Shown in pieces: positions 38,898 to 47,663 of a stretch of DNA of 52,201 nucleotides. Source of the stretch: a virus (lineage: Duplodnaviria; Heunggongvirae; Uroviricota; Caudoviricetes); IMG/VR virus record IMGVR_UViG_3300031993_004551, positions 64,001 through 116,201 of that record, one strand, 5' to 3'. The position numbers were made by a program, and so were the translations under genes. Positions within the stretch are counted from its first letter, which is position 1. Each line of letters begins with the position of its first letter. The notes beneath the pieces are model-generated. The model saw nothing but the letters and a program-made list of their open reading frames with translations. It did not search any database and was not told the DNA's origin.

Positions 38898-38910
38898 TTT
38901 CGCCGATTTT
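38868..38910. repeat. 43-bp inverted repeat centred on the NrdR-like box
   Basis: 12-bp perfect outer arms AAAATCGGCGAA/TTCGCCGATTTT plus inner ACACAA/TTGTGT. Confidence 0.85.
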
Positions 38911-38931
38911 GGCAAATCGTTATTTTTTTAC

Positions 38932-40569
38932 TTACATTTCACTCTCGTTTTCCTCGCTAGGTTCCGGTGAAAAGTCAGAGTTTATCTTCTTTTCTTCCGT
39001 CTTGGAAGGTACAGAAGGCGGAGGCCCGTCGATAATATGCCCATCGTCACGGGCAACCATCCGGGAGTACTTCATGGTGACTATCCGACGGTTCACGAGT
39101 TCAAGGAACCGCTCAGCAGTCGGCGCACCCTCATAGTAATTCACCATGTCGCAGATGATGCCCGAAATGTATGCATGGGTAAGTCCGGACTCGAAAATCT
39201 GGTTGCATGCCTTGGTAAATTCGGCGCTGTCTGCGGAAACCCACCCGGGCTTATCAGCCTTCAGGTGGATAAAGGTCTGCTCGATAACATCAATCACATC
39301 CTCGACAGTCTTCGGGTTCTGCACATAGATGATATCATCAATCCGCTTCGGGCGATTCTTGATGGTACTATGGAGCTTCTGCGGCTCGTTGATGATGAGA
39401 ATGGTGATGCCCCTGTAGTTCGGGGAGTTCGTCTCGTCAATGAAGTTGATGAATGCGCCGGTCCTCTCGTTCTTCGTGCTGAAGTCATTTCCGTCAAAGT
39501 CGTCAAAGACAAAGAACGAACCCGGGAACATCGTAAGAATCTTGAAAACATTAATCATCCCGCGCTTGTCCGAGATAGATTCCGGAGTAATCCAGAACAC
39601 GGGCACATCCGGGAACTCCATCAGGAGTCGGTTCACGGATACCGTCTTGCCGGTACCCTGGTCGCCCTGGATAATATACCCGCGGCGGCCATGGCCGTCG
39701 AGAACCTTGCGGATAAATTCGGCCTCACTCTTCATCGTACGGATAGCCTTGCCAGAATCATCATACAAGTCAAAGTTCTTTATGTCGAAATCGATTATCT
39801 TTCTCGGCTCGGCGAACATCGAACCGTTCTTGATGCGGATGACATTCTTGGATATGTCGATACTGTCGATATAAATCCGGTAGACGAGCTTGCTCATCCC
39901 ATCGAAAATTACCGGGTCGAGCTTGGAACGCTCCATACCGAAATTCATGAACGAATAATTTTCGTCATTGGCGATATCGACACCCTCGTAGTTACAGCTA
40001 GAAATGCAGTAGCCAAGTTCAATACCCACGATTCCAGTGTGGCCACCGATAGTAACCTCGGCAACGATGTTGTATTCCTCGCCCTTGTCCCCCGTATCGG
40101 TTTCAGGAGGAAGCTGCTTTACCTTCATAAAGCGCACCCCGTAACTGGCGAGCTTTTCGGCATCCATCCCGACAAAAGCCTTGCATATACCGGATGTTAC
40201 CGGTATGTTGGAAGTCTGCAAGTCGACACCACGGCGGACATCCATATAAGCAGCAAGGGGGTCGTAAGGACTCTTCACCTCGTGACTTGCGGCGACAAAA
40301 ACATTGTTGACGATAGTATTCAACTTAACAAGCCCAAGCATCGTATCGAGGGCATCCAAGTAAGCGCCGACTATGCGGTTCTTGGTAGCCGCCCGGATGA
40401 GGCTGCCGAATGTACCGACGAAATTGCTTGCCGTGTCGACCAGCTTCGGGCCGTTCTTGCGCAATTCGCCCCAGAGAATCCGCAGCTTCTCCTTGGCTGT
40501 CCGAGACGGCCAGTTTTCCGCGTCGATTTCAATCTTGACCAACAGTTCTTCAGTCTTTTCTTTAGACAT
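38932..40569 (-). CDS. AAA+ ATPase with long N-terminal domain
   Basis: Walker A GDQGTGKT, Walker B FVFDDFD, IINEP...RPKRID. Confidence 0.8.
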   Translation of the reverse strand: MSKEKTEELLVKIEIDAENWPSRTAKEKLRILWGELRKNGPKLVDTASNFVGTFGSLIRAATKNRIVGAYLDALDTMLGLVKLNTIVNNVFVAASHEVKSPYDPLAAYMDVRRGVDLQTSNIPVTSGICKAFVGMDAEKLASYGVRFMKVKQLPPETDTGDKGEEYNIVAEVTIGGHTGIVGIELGYCISSCNYEGVDIANDENYSFMNFGMERSKLDPVIFDGMSKLVYRIYIDSIDISKNVIRIKNGSMFAEPRKIIDFDIKNFDLYDDSGKAIRTMKSEAEFIRKVLDGHGRRGYIIQGDQGTGKTVSVNRLLMEFPDVPVFWITPESISDKRGMINVFKILTMFPGSFFVFDDFDGNDFSTKNERTGAFINFIDETNSPNYRGITILIINEPQKLHSTIKNRPKRIDDIIYVQNPKTVEDVIDVIEQTFIHLKADKPGWVSADSAEFTKACNQIFESGLTHAYISGIICDMVNYYEGAPTAERFLELVNRRIVTMKYSRMVARDDGHIIDGPPPSVPSKTEEKKINSDFSPEPSEENESEM

Positions 40570-40578
40570 CCGTACCCC

Positions 40579-40806
40579 CTATTCTCCCTCGGTTACTTCA
40601 GTAACTTCATAATAGCCCGGCGGCAATTCAGCGGACGGTTCTTCCCCCTCGGGCGGCTCACCGAAATCATACTTGACATCGGTAAACTTCTTGGAACCGC
40701 CGTAACGCCAGGTACGGTAGGCAATACGAACCACATTGAGTGCGAACACTGCAAACATGGCAATCTTGATGCGTTCAATAATACGCAAGTGCAAATTAGT
40801 ATCCAT
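40579..40806 (-). CDS. Small single-pass membrane protein
   Basis: IKIAMFAVFALNVVRIAY hydrophobic segment; acidic tail. Confidence 0.5.
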   Translation of the reverse strand: MDTNLHLRIIERIKIAMFAVFALNVVRIAYRTWRYGGSKKFTDVKYDFGEPPEGEEPSAELPPGYYEVTEVTEGE

Positions 40807-40818
40807 AGGTCCATCCAA

Positions 40819-40828
40819 AAATATAGCA
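40819..40828 (-). promoter_or_regulatory. TGCTATATTT putative early/host-type promoter
   Basis: Exact motif upstream of ATG 40806. Confidence 0.6.
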
Positions 40829-40839
40829 AGAGAGTCGTG

Positions 40840-41541
40840 CTACCGTTTTAAAATCTGTATCAAATCGGCCATAGTTGACGGCTCAAAATGCTTTCCGGGC
40901 ACCCTTTCAACCAATGTTCGCCCCTCGATTCCCGCATGGAACATCGCCATAGAGTGAAGGTAGCCCCTCTCGCAGTCCCCAAGATGAATAACTTTCGGAC
41001 AGGTACGGTAAAGGGCCGTTATTTCGGGAAGTTCGGGCTTCTCCAGGATTTCCACATGGGCTGGCCCGGCTGCAGCAAGCAGGGGCATAACCTGTGTCCC
41101 GTCCATCTGCCCGGTCACTGCAATTGCTACCCGAGCCCCAGAAAGGTTTGCCCATGTCAGCGCATCACGGACACTCTCTTCGGCACCTTCAGGTATCTTA
41201 CCCCCAATCACGGCATCAAACTCAACAGATATCGGGAGCCGGCACATATCCTCCGGCCGTAAAGGATAACTAGCAAGACCGAAACGGCACCCATTCCGTG
41301 AACCAAGCGAAATTGTCACGAGAGCCTTGGCATCGCGATACTCCTTCGAGTCGTGATATATCACGCAGAACGGCGATACCCCATCAGGCGCATCAAGGCA
41401 TCCGTCTGCAGCCTGCGCAATCAATGGCTCCCGTGAACCCGGATACCAGTATTCGCCGCCGATTTCAGCCGAAACCGCCATAGACAGAATATCAAGCTTG
41501 GAATCCCACTCATTACGAATGCTCTTTACGAAGCAACGCAT
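40840..41541 (-). CDS. Hypothetical protein
   Basis: ORF coupled to the upstream glycosyltransferase; start uncertain. Confidence 0.45.
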   Translation of the reverse strand: MRCFVKSIRNEWDSKLDILSMAVSAEIGGEYWYPGSREPLIAQAADGCLDAPDGVSPFCVIYHDSKEYRDAKALVTISLGSRNGCRFGLASYPLRPEDMCRLPISVEFDAVIGGKIPEGAEESVRDALTWANLSGARVAIAVTGQMDGTQVMPLLAAAGPAHVEILEKPELPEITALYRTCPKVIHLGDCERGYLHSMAMFHAGIEGRTLVERVPGKHFEPSTMADLIQILKR

Positions 41542-42592
41542 CCTTAGCCCTCCCGTACCATTCATCGATAGACTTGTTCATTTCCTCGGTCAGCGTACCC
41601 TGCGGAACCTTCCTGAGTACGTTATCGACGAAGAAAATGATTCCCGGGTCGCCATCCTCGGAATGCACTGCGGAAAGAATCAAGTCCATGGTCATCGGCA
41701 CCGAACGGTCAATATCGTATATCGTCGTATCGATATCCAGCGCGACCCGAGGAGAATACCACCACTTGAGTTCAACCTCGAGGCGTCCCATCGCGCGGTA
41801 CTTTTCCACCATTTCGTCCATAGTCGCCTTCCCGGCGATATAGGAAGCGAAATCCTCGTCCGACATCCTCCGGACACAGGCACACATCACGCGGTTCCGC
41901 ACATACACCTTGCCCTTCTTATAAGCTTCCGAGTTCACCTTCGGGTGGAACATATGGTACGCCACGGCACCAGTACACGGATTCCGGAGAATCTCCGCAC
42001 CGATGCGGCGGAACTTGAACATAAATGTATCATCCTCGGCACCCCAGCCGTCAAACGCCTCATCGAACTTGCCGACCGCATTGAAGGTATCCCATGTAAA
42101 TCCGCAGCAGAGCCCAGTCTGCCTATGGATAGTGACACCGTGGTCCTTACTGCCTCCAAACGGAGCGCCCGTCTCCACGAGCTGTTTCGTGTCGGTCTCA
42201 TCGAGGTACATCGTGTCGCCATAAGGAAACACAAGGCGTCCATCGGCAATGTTTGCCATCAGGTATTCCGCGAGTGGCCTAGTTAGATACACATCGGCAT
42301 CAAGCATAATGTACCCCGAATATCCCGGGTGACCGGTAACGGCGAGATTCATCAGGCGTGTCTTCCAGAACCGTTCATGGTCCATGTTGTCGATGATGCC
42401 GTGAAGCAACCCCGGAGTCTTATCGAGTCCGCTCTCGGCCATATATGTGCCGTCGCCTTGCTCCATTATGATGTGGTCAGCCTCGGGGAATACCTCTGCC
42501 GCGCGAGCAATACAGGCCCCCAAATTTCTCCGGCGGAACTTGTCCCCGGTATCCATAAATGCAGTAATAAGTAAAAAGTTCTTCATCGTCAT
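41513..42592 (-). CDS. GT2/GT7C-like glycosyltransferase
   Basis: FWKTRLMN, IMLDADV (DxD), GKFDEAFDGWGAEDD, YHMFHP. Confidence 0.8.
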   Translation of the reverse strand: MTMKNFLLITAFMDTGDKFRRRNLGACIARAAEVFPEADHIIMEQGDGTYMAESGLDKTPGLLHGIIDNMDHERFWKTRLMNLAVTGHPGYSGYIMLDADVYLTRPLAEYLMANIADGRLVFPYGDTMYLDETDTKQLVETGAPFGGSKDHGVTIHRQTGLCCGFTWDTFNAVGKFDEAFDGWGAEDDTFMFKFRRIGAEILRNPCTGAVAYHMFHPKVNSEAYKKGKVYVRNRVMCACVRRMSDEDFASYIAGKATMDEMVEKYRAMGRLEVELKWWYSPRVALDIDTTIYDIDRSVPMTMDLILSAVHSEDGDPGIIFFVDNVLRKVPQGTLTEEMNKSIDEWYGRAKDALLRKEHS

Positions 42593-42599
42593 ATAAACT
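42592..42599 (+). promoter_or_regulatory. TATAAACT putative late promoter of the terminase operon
   Basis: Exact motif upstream of ATG 42653. Confidence 0.7.
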
Positions 42600-42652
42600 A
42601 TTTAAAAAATGATGCGTCGGCAAGCCAGCCGTACGGTTCAAGGAGATTTTCT

Positions 42653-43465
42653 ATGTACAGAGGACTTATAGATGTGAGAGGGGCTAATGAGAACATTAAG
42701 CTAACCCCTTTCGAGAAGGCAGAATACAAGAAATGCAAGGAGAGTCTTGCATACTTCATCGAGCATTATGTGTACATAAATACTAAAGACCGCGGGCTGG
42801 AACTGTTCAAGCTTACCCCACGACAGAAAAAAGAAGTCGCCCGGATAGCCTTCCGGGAAACCGTATACGGCTCGCACATCGCGTTCCATAGCTGGTACCG
42901 TCAGGCAGGCTACAGTTCGATGGTGATGGCCTATGTCCTGTGGAAGATGATATTCACTCCAAATACGACCACGCTACTCCCCAAGGCAAGAAAATGGAAG
43001 GACGGGATACAGAACATGTATCTGTTCCGCCGGATGTACCTTGAACTCCCATACTGGCTGAAACCCGGGGTTACCCAGTGGAGCAAGAACGAGATATCAT
43101 TCGAGAACCTGTCGCACATCACCTTGCGCTCATTAAACAAGTCGTGCGACCAGACACGGGGTTTCGCCGTGAACATACTAGTACTCGACTATTTCGACGG
43201 AGCGCCCGCCAATGTAGCCAAGGGAATTATTAGCAATCTCATATACACGATGTCCCAGCAAGCACACGGCAAGGTTTTCATATCCGGTCTCGGACCGAAT
43301 GACACTACCGTATCCGGGCAGTACTGGAAAGCAAGCAAGGATTCAACCGAATGCTGGTTCTCCAGGTACAGCTGGGAAGACAACCCGAAATTCAACAAGA
43401 AATGGGCAGATGAGGAAATACTGAAAATCGGCGAGAAGCGCTTCCGCGAATACTACGTCCGGTAA
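42653..43465 (+). CDS. Degenerate large-terminase ATPase-domain paralog (pseudo-ATPase, no nuclease domain)
   Basis: Collinear with the downstream TerL (YVYINTKD, LPYWLxPGV, RGF..N.L.LD, IGExRFR); Walker A RQAGYS, Walker B LVLDY. Confidence 0.85.
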   Translation: MYRGLIDVRGANENIKLTPFEKAEYKKCKESLAYFIEHYVYINTKDRGLELFKLTPRQKKEVARIAFRETVYGSHIAFHSWYRQAGYSSMVMAYVLWKMIFTPNTTTLLPKARKWKDGIQNMYLFRRMYLELPYWLKPGVTQWSKNEISFENLSHITLRSLNKSCDQTRGFAVNILVLDYFDGAPANVAKGIISNLIYTMSQQAHGKVFISGLGPNDTTVSGQYWKASKDSTECWFSRYSWEDNPKFNKKWADEEILKIGEKRFREYYVR

Positions 43466-43477
43466 GGGGGATAGCTC

Positions 43478-46474
43478 ATGCCATTTAACGGAATATTCAA
43501 CCTGCGTGACGCAAACGAAAGCGTCGTGATGACTCCCTACAGAATTAGGGAGCTTCGTAAGTGTGCAAAGAGCCCGATTTACTTCATCAGGAACTATGTC
43601 TACATCAACACGAAAGACAACGGCATGCAGCTGATGAAGACATATCCCTTCCAGGATGCGGCAATCAAGCGCTTCCTGAAATACAGGTTCAACATCAACA
43701 AGTGGAGCCGTCAGGTCGGCAAGTCCACTGTCGTCCGAGCGTACATCCTCTGGTACGCCATGTTCCACAAGGACAAGCTGGTTGCCATGCTTGCGAACAA
43801 GCTTATGCTTGCCAAGGAACAGCTGCAGCTTCTCCGTGAATCCTATGTCGCGCTCCCGTACTGGCTCCAGCCGGGTGTCAAGCTGTGGAACAAGATGAGC
43901 ATCCAGTTCTCGAACGGGTGCCGAATAATGGTCGCCGCGAGTTCCCCGGACGGTATCCGCGGGTTCTCTCCGAACCTCCTGTACCTTGACGAATTTGCGT
44001 TCTTGCGCCCGGGCATGGCCGACGAGTTCATGGCTTCCGTGATGCCGACCATTTCTTCAGGTAAGACAACCCGTATCATCATTACGAGTTGTGTCGTAAA
44101 AGATACCATGGTGTTTACACCGGACGGTATCCGGACAGTCGGCGACTTCATTATAGATGATGGCAGGGTTCTCGGCTATGAAGTACCCGAATACCAAGTA
44201 TTGGGTCGTTATGGGATGAACCGCGGGCATATCATGCACAATGATGGTGACGCCAAAGAAACGCACATAGTAAGAACCAGGTACAGCGAAGTAGAAACTT
44301 CGTTGATGCACAAGTTCTGGACTTGCCGAAACGGCGAATACAAAATTCGTCGAGCCCACGAGCTTCAGGTAGGCGACTATGTTATGGTAAAATATGGGAT
44401 GAACTGCTGGGGCAATGACCGCATTGACTTTGACGATAGCAACGATAAACGGCTAAAACATCATATAGGCAAACTCGACTATATAACACCGGATTGGGCA
44501 TATTTCTTTGGACTATACATTGCCGACGGAAATGCTCGTTATAGTCCCGGTAATCTTAGCTATATCGATATAACATGTGGCGACGATTTATCAGATACAT
44601 TTAACCATCTTGGGTTAAAATATCAATGCTATGATGGGTTACATTACCGTATTAACGCAAAAACGGTAGTTAGCCTTCTTATGCATGTCGGATTCGATAT
44701 TTATCGACATGCCCCACAAAAAATAATACCACCAAGACTAATGCGATTATCACGCGAATGTACTGCCGCTATGATTCAAGGTATGTTCGATGGCGACGGT
44801 TCCGCTCCACACGGTAGACGCCGGGTTACCTATGTGAGCACATCGGAACGACTTATCGACCAGCTTAGAATGCTTCTCATTAATTTTGGAATACTAAGTA
44901 GCAAATATGAACATATTTCTAAACCGACTAAGAGAGTAACGGTTACTAGCAAATCATGGGTCGTCGAAATCGCACAAGCACCAATGGTAGATAAATTCTT
45001 GTGCAACATTGGATTCCGTTTTGCTCGAAAACAACAAAGTGCGAATAGTCAACCTAGACGCAAGGAACGGGCTAGTCGTTATGACTACATTCCGTTTGCC
45101 GCCCCTGAAATTAGACGGCTTAAAAAAGAAAAGGTACTTACTAATAATGAATTTAAGCTCACCGGCGGCATTTGTGATAAACATGACATTCATCTTAATC
45201 GGAAGCTTATTCTTGAAATAAAATCTAAGCTTCCAGAAGACATTTGGGCTAAATACGATGTATTCAAGAATGCCGAACCCGATGCAGTTTGGACACCGAT
45301 TACCAGCATCGATTCTGGTTTTAACAAAGTATATGATTTCTCGCTAAACGATGATAATTATGGCGGTAAAGAATGGTCACATTCTGTTGTCCACAATGCG
45401 TTAGTTTGTTCTCAAACTCCCAATGGGTTAAATCATTTTTATCGCATGTGGGAGGACGGCGTTGACGAAGACAAGGCTACGCCGCACGAACTGCAGGCAA
45501 AGTATGTCCGCTCGGTGGTCCTATGGAACGAAGTCCCAGGCCGTGAACCACAGTGGGGTATCGATGAAGAAGCCCGTATCGGCGAACAAAGGTTCCGCCA
45601 GGAATATATGTGCGAGTTCGTCGGCTCTGCAACCACGCTTATCGACTATAAGTGCCTCGAGCATCTCCACCCGGACAGGCCATTGCCGGTCCCGGGCGTA
45701 CCGAAGCAATATTCCCTCCGCCTCTTTGACATCCCCCTTCCCAAGCAGATGCTTGAGAAAGAGGACTGGACCTATGTCGCTGCACTCGATACCGGCTTCG
45801 GTATGCGACAGGACTACCATGTCCTCCAAATTTTGCTCGCCAAGTCTTCAATCCGCGCAGAGCAGGTGCTTGTACTTTCCTCCAACGAGGTTACCGTGGA
45901 AGACTTCTGCAGTATGGCGGCAAGCATCCTGAAGTTGTACGGGAACCCGCCGCTCACAATCGAATACAACGGCGGTTCCGGCATGACTGCACACAAGACG
46001 ATGTTCGAGAAGCTCGGATACGACAACCTCATCAACTACGACCAGTACTTCCGCGGTATCTACTCGACCAACCCAATCAAGACCACGGCAGTCATGCTCC
46101 TCAAGCTATATGTTCAGCGCGGATACCTTAAGCTGAAGGATGAAACTACCATCAACGAGCTGATGAGCTTCACGAAATTGAACCAGTTTACCTGGGGAGG
46201 CGCCGGTGGAAACCACGACGACCATGTTACCAGCCTGTACTGGGCGGTATACTTTATGGAATCCAACTGGTTCCCGGGCAAGCACGAGGATATCCAGTTC
46301 CTTGACGCGCTCGAGATTACCTTCGCCGGTGGAGCTTTGGGCGAACAGATGAGGACCGCGCTAATTACCGGCGCGGACCCGGTGGCTATCAGGGAACAGA
46401 AGGCGCTCGCCGACCTCGAAGCAAGACAGCCACACGGCGCGATGGCACCTCTGCCGTCAGCGACGCCACTATAA
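43478..46474 (+). CDS. terL: Terminase large subunit (T4 gp17-like), intein-containing
   Basis: SRQVGKS Walker A, LYLDEFAF Walker B, TS|TPNG coupling motif, RFRQEY, nuclease ALDTGFG...DY and HDDHV. Confidence 0.95.
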   Translation: MPFNGIFNLRDANESVVMTPYRIRELRKCAKSPIYFIRNYVYINTKDNGMQLMKTYPFQDAAIKRFLKYRFNINKWSRQVGKSTVVRAYILWYAMFHKDKLVAMLANKLMLAKEQLQLLRESYVALPYWLQPGVKLWNKMSIQFSNGCRIMVAASSPDGIRGFSPNLLYLDEFAFLRPGMADEFMASVMPTISSGKTTRIIITSCVVKDTMVFTPDGIRTVGDFIIDDGRVLGYEVPEYQVLGRYGMNRGHIMHNDGDAKETHIVRTRYSEVETSLMHKFWTCRNGEYKIRRAHELQVGDYVMVKYGMNCWGNDRIDFDDSNDKRLKHHIGKLDYITPDWAYFFGLYIADGNARYSPGNLSYIDITCGDDLSDTFNHLGLKYQCYDGLHYRINAKTVVSLLMHVGFDIYRHAPQKIIPPRLMRLSRECTAAMIQGMFDGDGSAPHGRRRVTYVSTSERLIDQLRMLLINFGILSSKYEHISKPTKRVTVTSKSWVVEIAQAPMVDKFLCNIGFRFARKQQSANSQPRRKERASRYDYIPFAAPEIRRLKKEKVLTNNEFKLTGGICDKHDIHLNRKLILEIKSKLPEDIWAKYDVFKNAEPDAVWTPITSIDSGFNKVYDFSLNDDNYGGKEWSHSVVHNALVCSQTPNGLNHFYRMWEDGVDEDKATPHELQAKYVRSVVLWNEVPGREPQWGIDEEARIGEQRFRQEYMCEFVGSATTLIDYKCLEHLHPDRPLPVPGVPKQYSLRLFDIPLPKQMLEKEDWTYVAALDTGFGMRQDYHVLQILLAKSSIRAEQVLVLSSNEVTVEDFCSMAASILKLYGNPPLTIEYNGGSGMTAHKTMFEKLGYDNLINYDQYFRGIYSTNPIKTTAVMLLKLYVQRGYLKLKDETTINELMSFTKLNQFTWGGAGGNHDDHVTSLYWAVYFMESNWFPGKHEDIQFLDALEITFAGGALGEQMRTALITGADPVAIREQKALADLEARQPHGAMAPLPSATPL
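44090..45415 (+). mobile_element. Intein (442 aa) with dodecapeptide LAGLIDADG homing endonuclease
   Basis: Begins CVVKDTMV, has HKF block B, LAGLIDADG motifs YFFGLYIADG and MIQGMFDGDG, VYDFSL block F, ends ALVCSQ before Thr; removing it restores IIITS-TPNG. Confidence 0.92.
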
Positions 46475-46477
46475 ACT
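46470..46477 (+). promoter_or_regulatory. TATAAACT putative late promoter
   Basis: Exact motif overlapping the terL stop, upstream of ATG 46510. Confidence 0.7.
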
Positions 46478-46509
46478 AGGAATTAACCAAGACGGGCATG
46501 GACTGAACT

Positions 46510-47661
46510 ATGGAATACAATGCACTAGACGAACTTTTGAAACTGACCACGATGGTCGAAGCTACTTCCACCAATCAGGGCACCGAGGAAACGGAAGAGG
46601 ATATCCCCGCCACTGTCCGTATATACGACGACAACGATTATTCTGGCAAGGCCAAGGTACTCAAGACAAAAACAGCCGCGACCGATGAAACCGAGCCGCC
46701 GACAGTTCTCGAAGTCCCGCAGAAGCCGACGGACGGCAAGGCATATGGCAGCTCGGGAAACCAAACATTCACGGACGAACACGGCAAACCTATCGAAAAT
46801 GGCCCGCTGTTCGAGGAAGACGGCCCGACGACCAATGTCGACGGGAGTACCAATGATTCTCAAACACAGACTCCGGATGTACCGGTAGCAAACCCTGAAC
46901 AGCTTCAGCAATCCAACGACGCCATTAGCGACGCCGCACAGGAAATCCAGAAGGCCGGCGAAACTATCCAAAATACCGAAGGCCCAGATAACGCTCCAGC
47001 AGGTACACCGGATGGCGCTCCGGCGGATACCGAATCCAGCCTCGGCAAGTCATTCGCAAGAAGCTTCTCGTTCGGACTCGGTGAATCCGTCGTACGCGGC
47101 ATGGGCCGTGACTTCGCCCGCCGCTACATGCTCGAATGCGCCGCACCTTCCGCATATACGGCAAACAACCCGTTCAAGCTCGGCGACGCCGTGCAAGTAA
47201 ACGGTGTACCACGTATCTTCGTCGTGAAGAATACCGACGGCAATATGATTACTACTGCCCGCCCGACCAACTGCGCGGAAGACTTCGCACAGGGCAAGGA
47301 CGGCGTGTGGCCGGAATTCTGCTTCCAGAGCAACGACCTCAGCAAGATTGACAGTGCCGACATCACCCAGGGTGACGACATCGCAGAGTTCAACGACAAG
47401 ATGACCACCCCGGAAACGATTGGCTTCGACGGTCTCGACATCGACCCGAAGCCGATGGACATCGCACAGAACTACGCAAAGAAGTTCAGCATGGATGAAG
47501 TAGGCGAAAACCTCGACAACATCCTTGGCGCATACAACAAGGCCGCCCACGGAGACAACAGCGAGTTCATTATGACCCGCAGCACCCCGCTTACGACCTA
47601 TGTACTCCCGAGCGGGCAGATTACCACGCAGAGCTTCGAGGGCGAATTCATTCCGAGGTAA
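46510..47661 (+). CDS. Acidic hypothetical protein; probable head internal/scaffold protein
   Basis: D/E/T/P-rich; TATAAACT at 46470. Confidence 0.5.
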   Translation: MEYNALDELLKLTTMVEATSTNQGTEETEEDIPATVRIYDDNDYSGKAKVLKTKTAATDETEPPTVLEVPQKPTDGKAYGSSGNQTFTDEHGKPIENGPLFEEDGPTTNVDGSTNDSQTQTPDVPVANPEQLQQSNDAISDAAQEIQKAGETIQNTEGPDNAPAGTPDGAPADTESSLGKSFARSFSFGLGESVVRGMGRDFARRYMLECAAPSAYTANNPFKLGDAVQVNGVPRIFVVKNTDGNMITTARPTNCAEDFAQGKDGVWPEFCFQSNDLSKIDSADITQGDDIAEFNDKMTTPETIGFDGLDIDPKPMDIAQNYAKKFSMDEVGENLDNILGAYNKAAHGDNSEFIMTRSTPLTTYVLPSGQITTQSFEGEFIPR

Positions 47662-47663
47662 CA

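Noticed and set aside
39037-40851. 604-aa plus-strand ORF
   Set aside because: Antisense shadow of the AAA ATPase; no motifs or RBS. Biased codon usage on the coding strand removes antisense stops. The same applies to 4215-5468 and 30213-31229.
42653-43465. Frameshift or intron joining the TerL paralog to terL as one gene
   Set aside because: Both ORFs begin at homologous N-termini and the downstream gene is complete by itself, so this is a duplication rather than a split gene.
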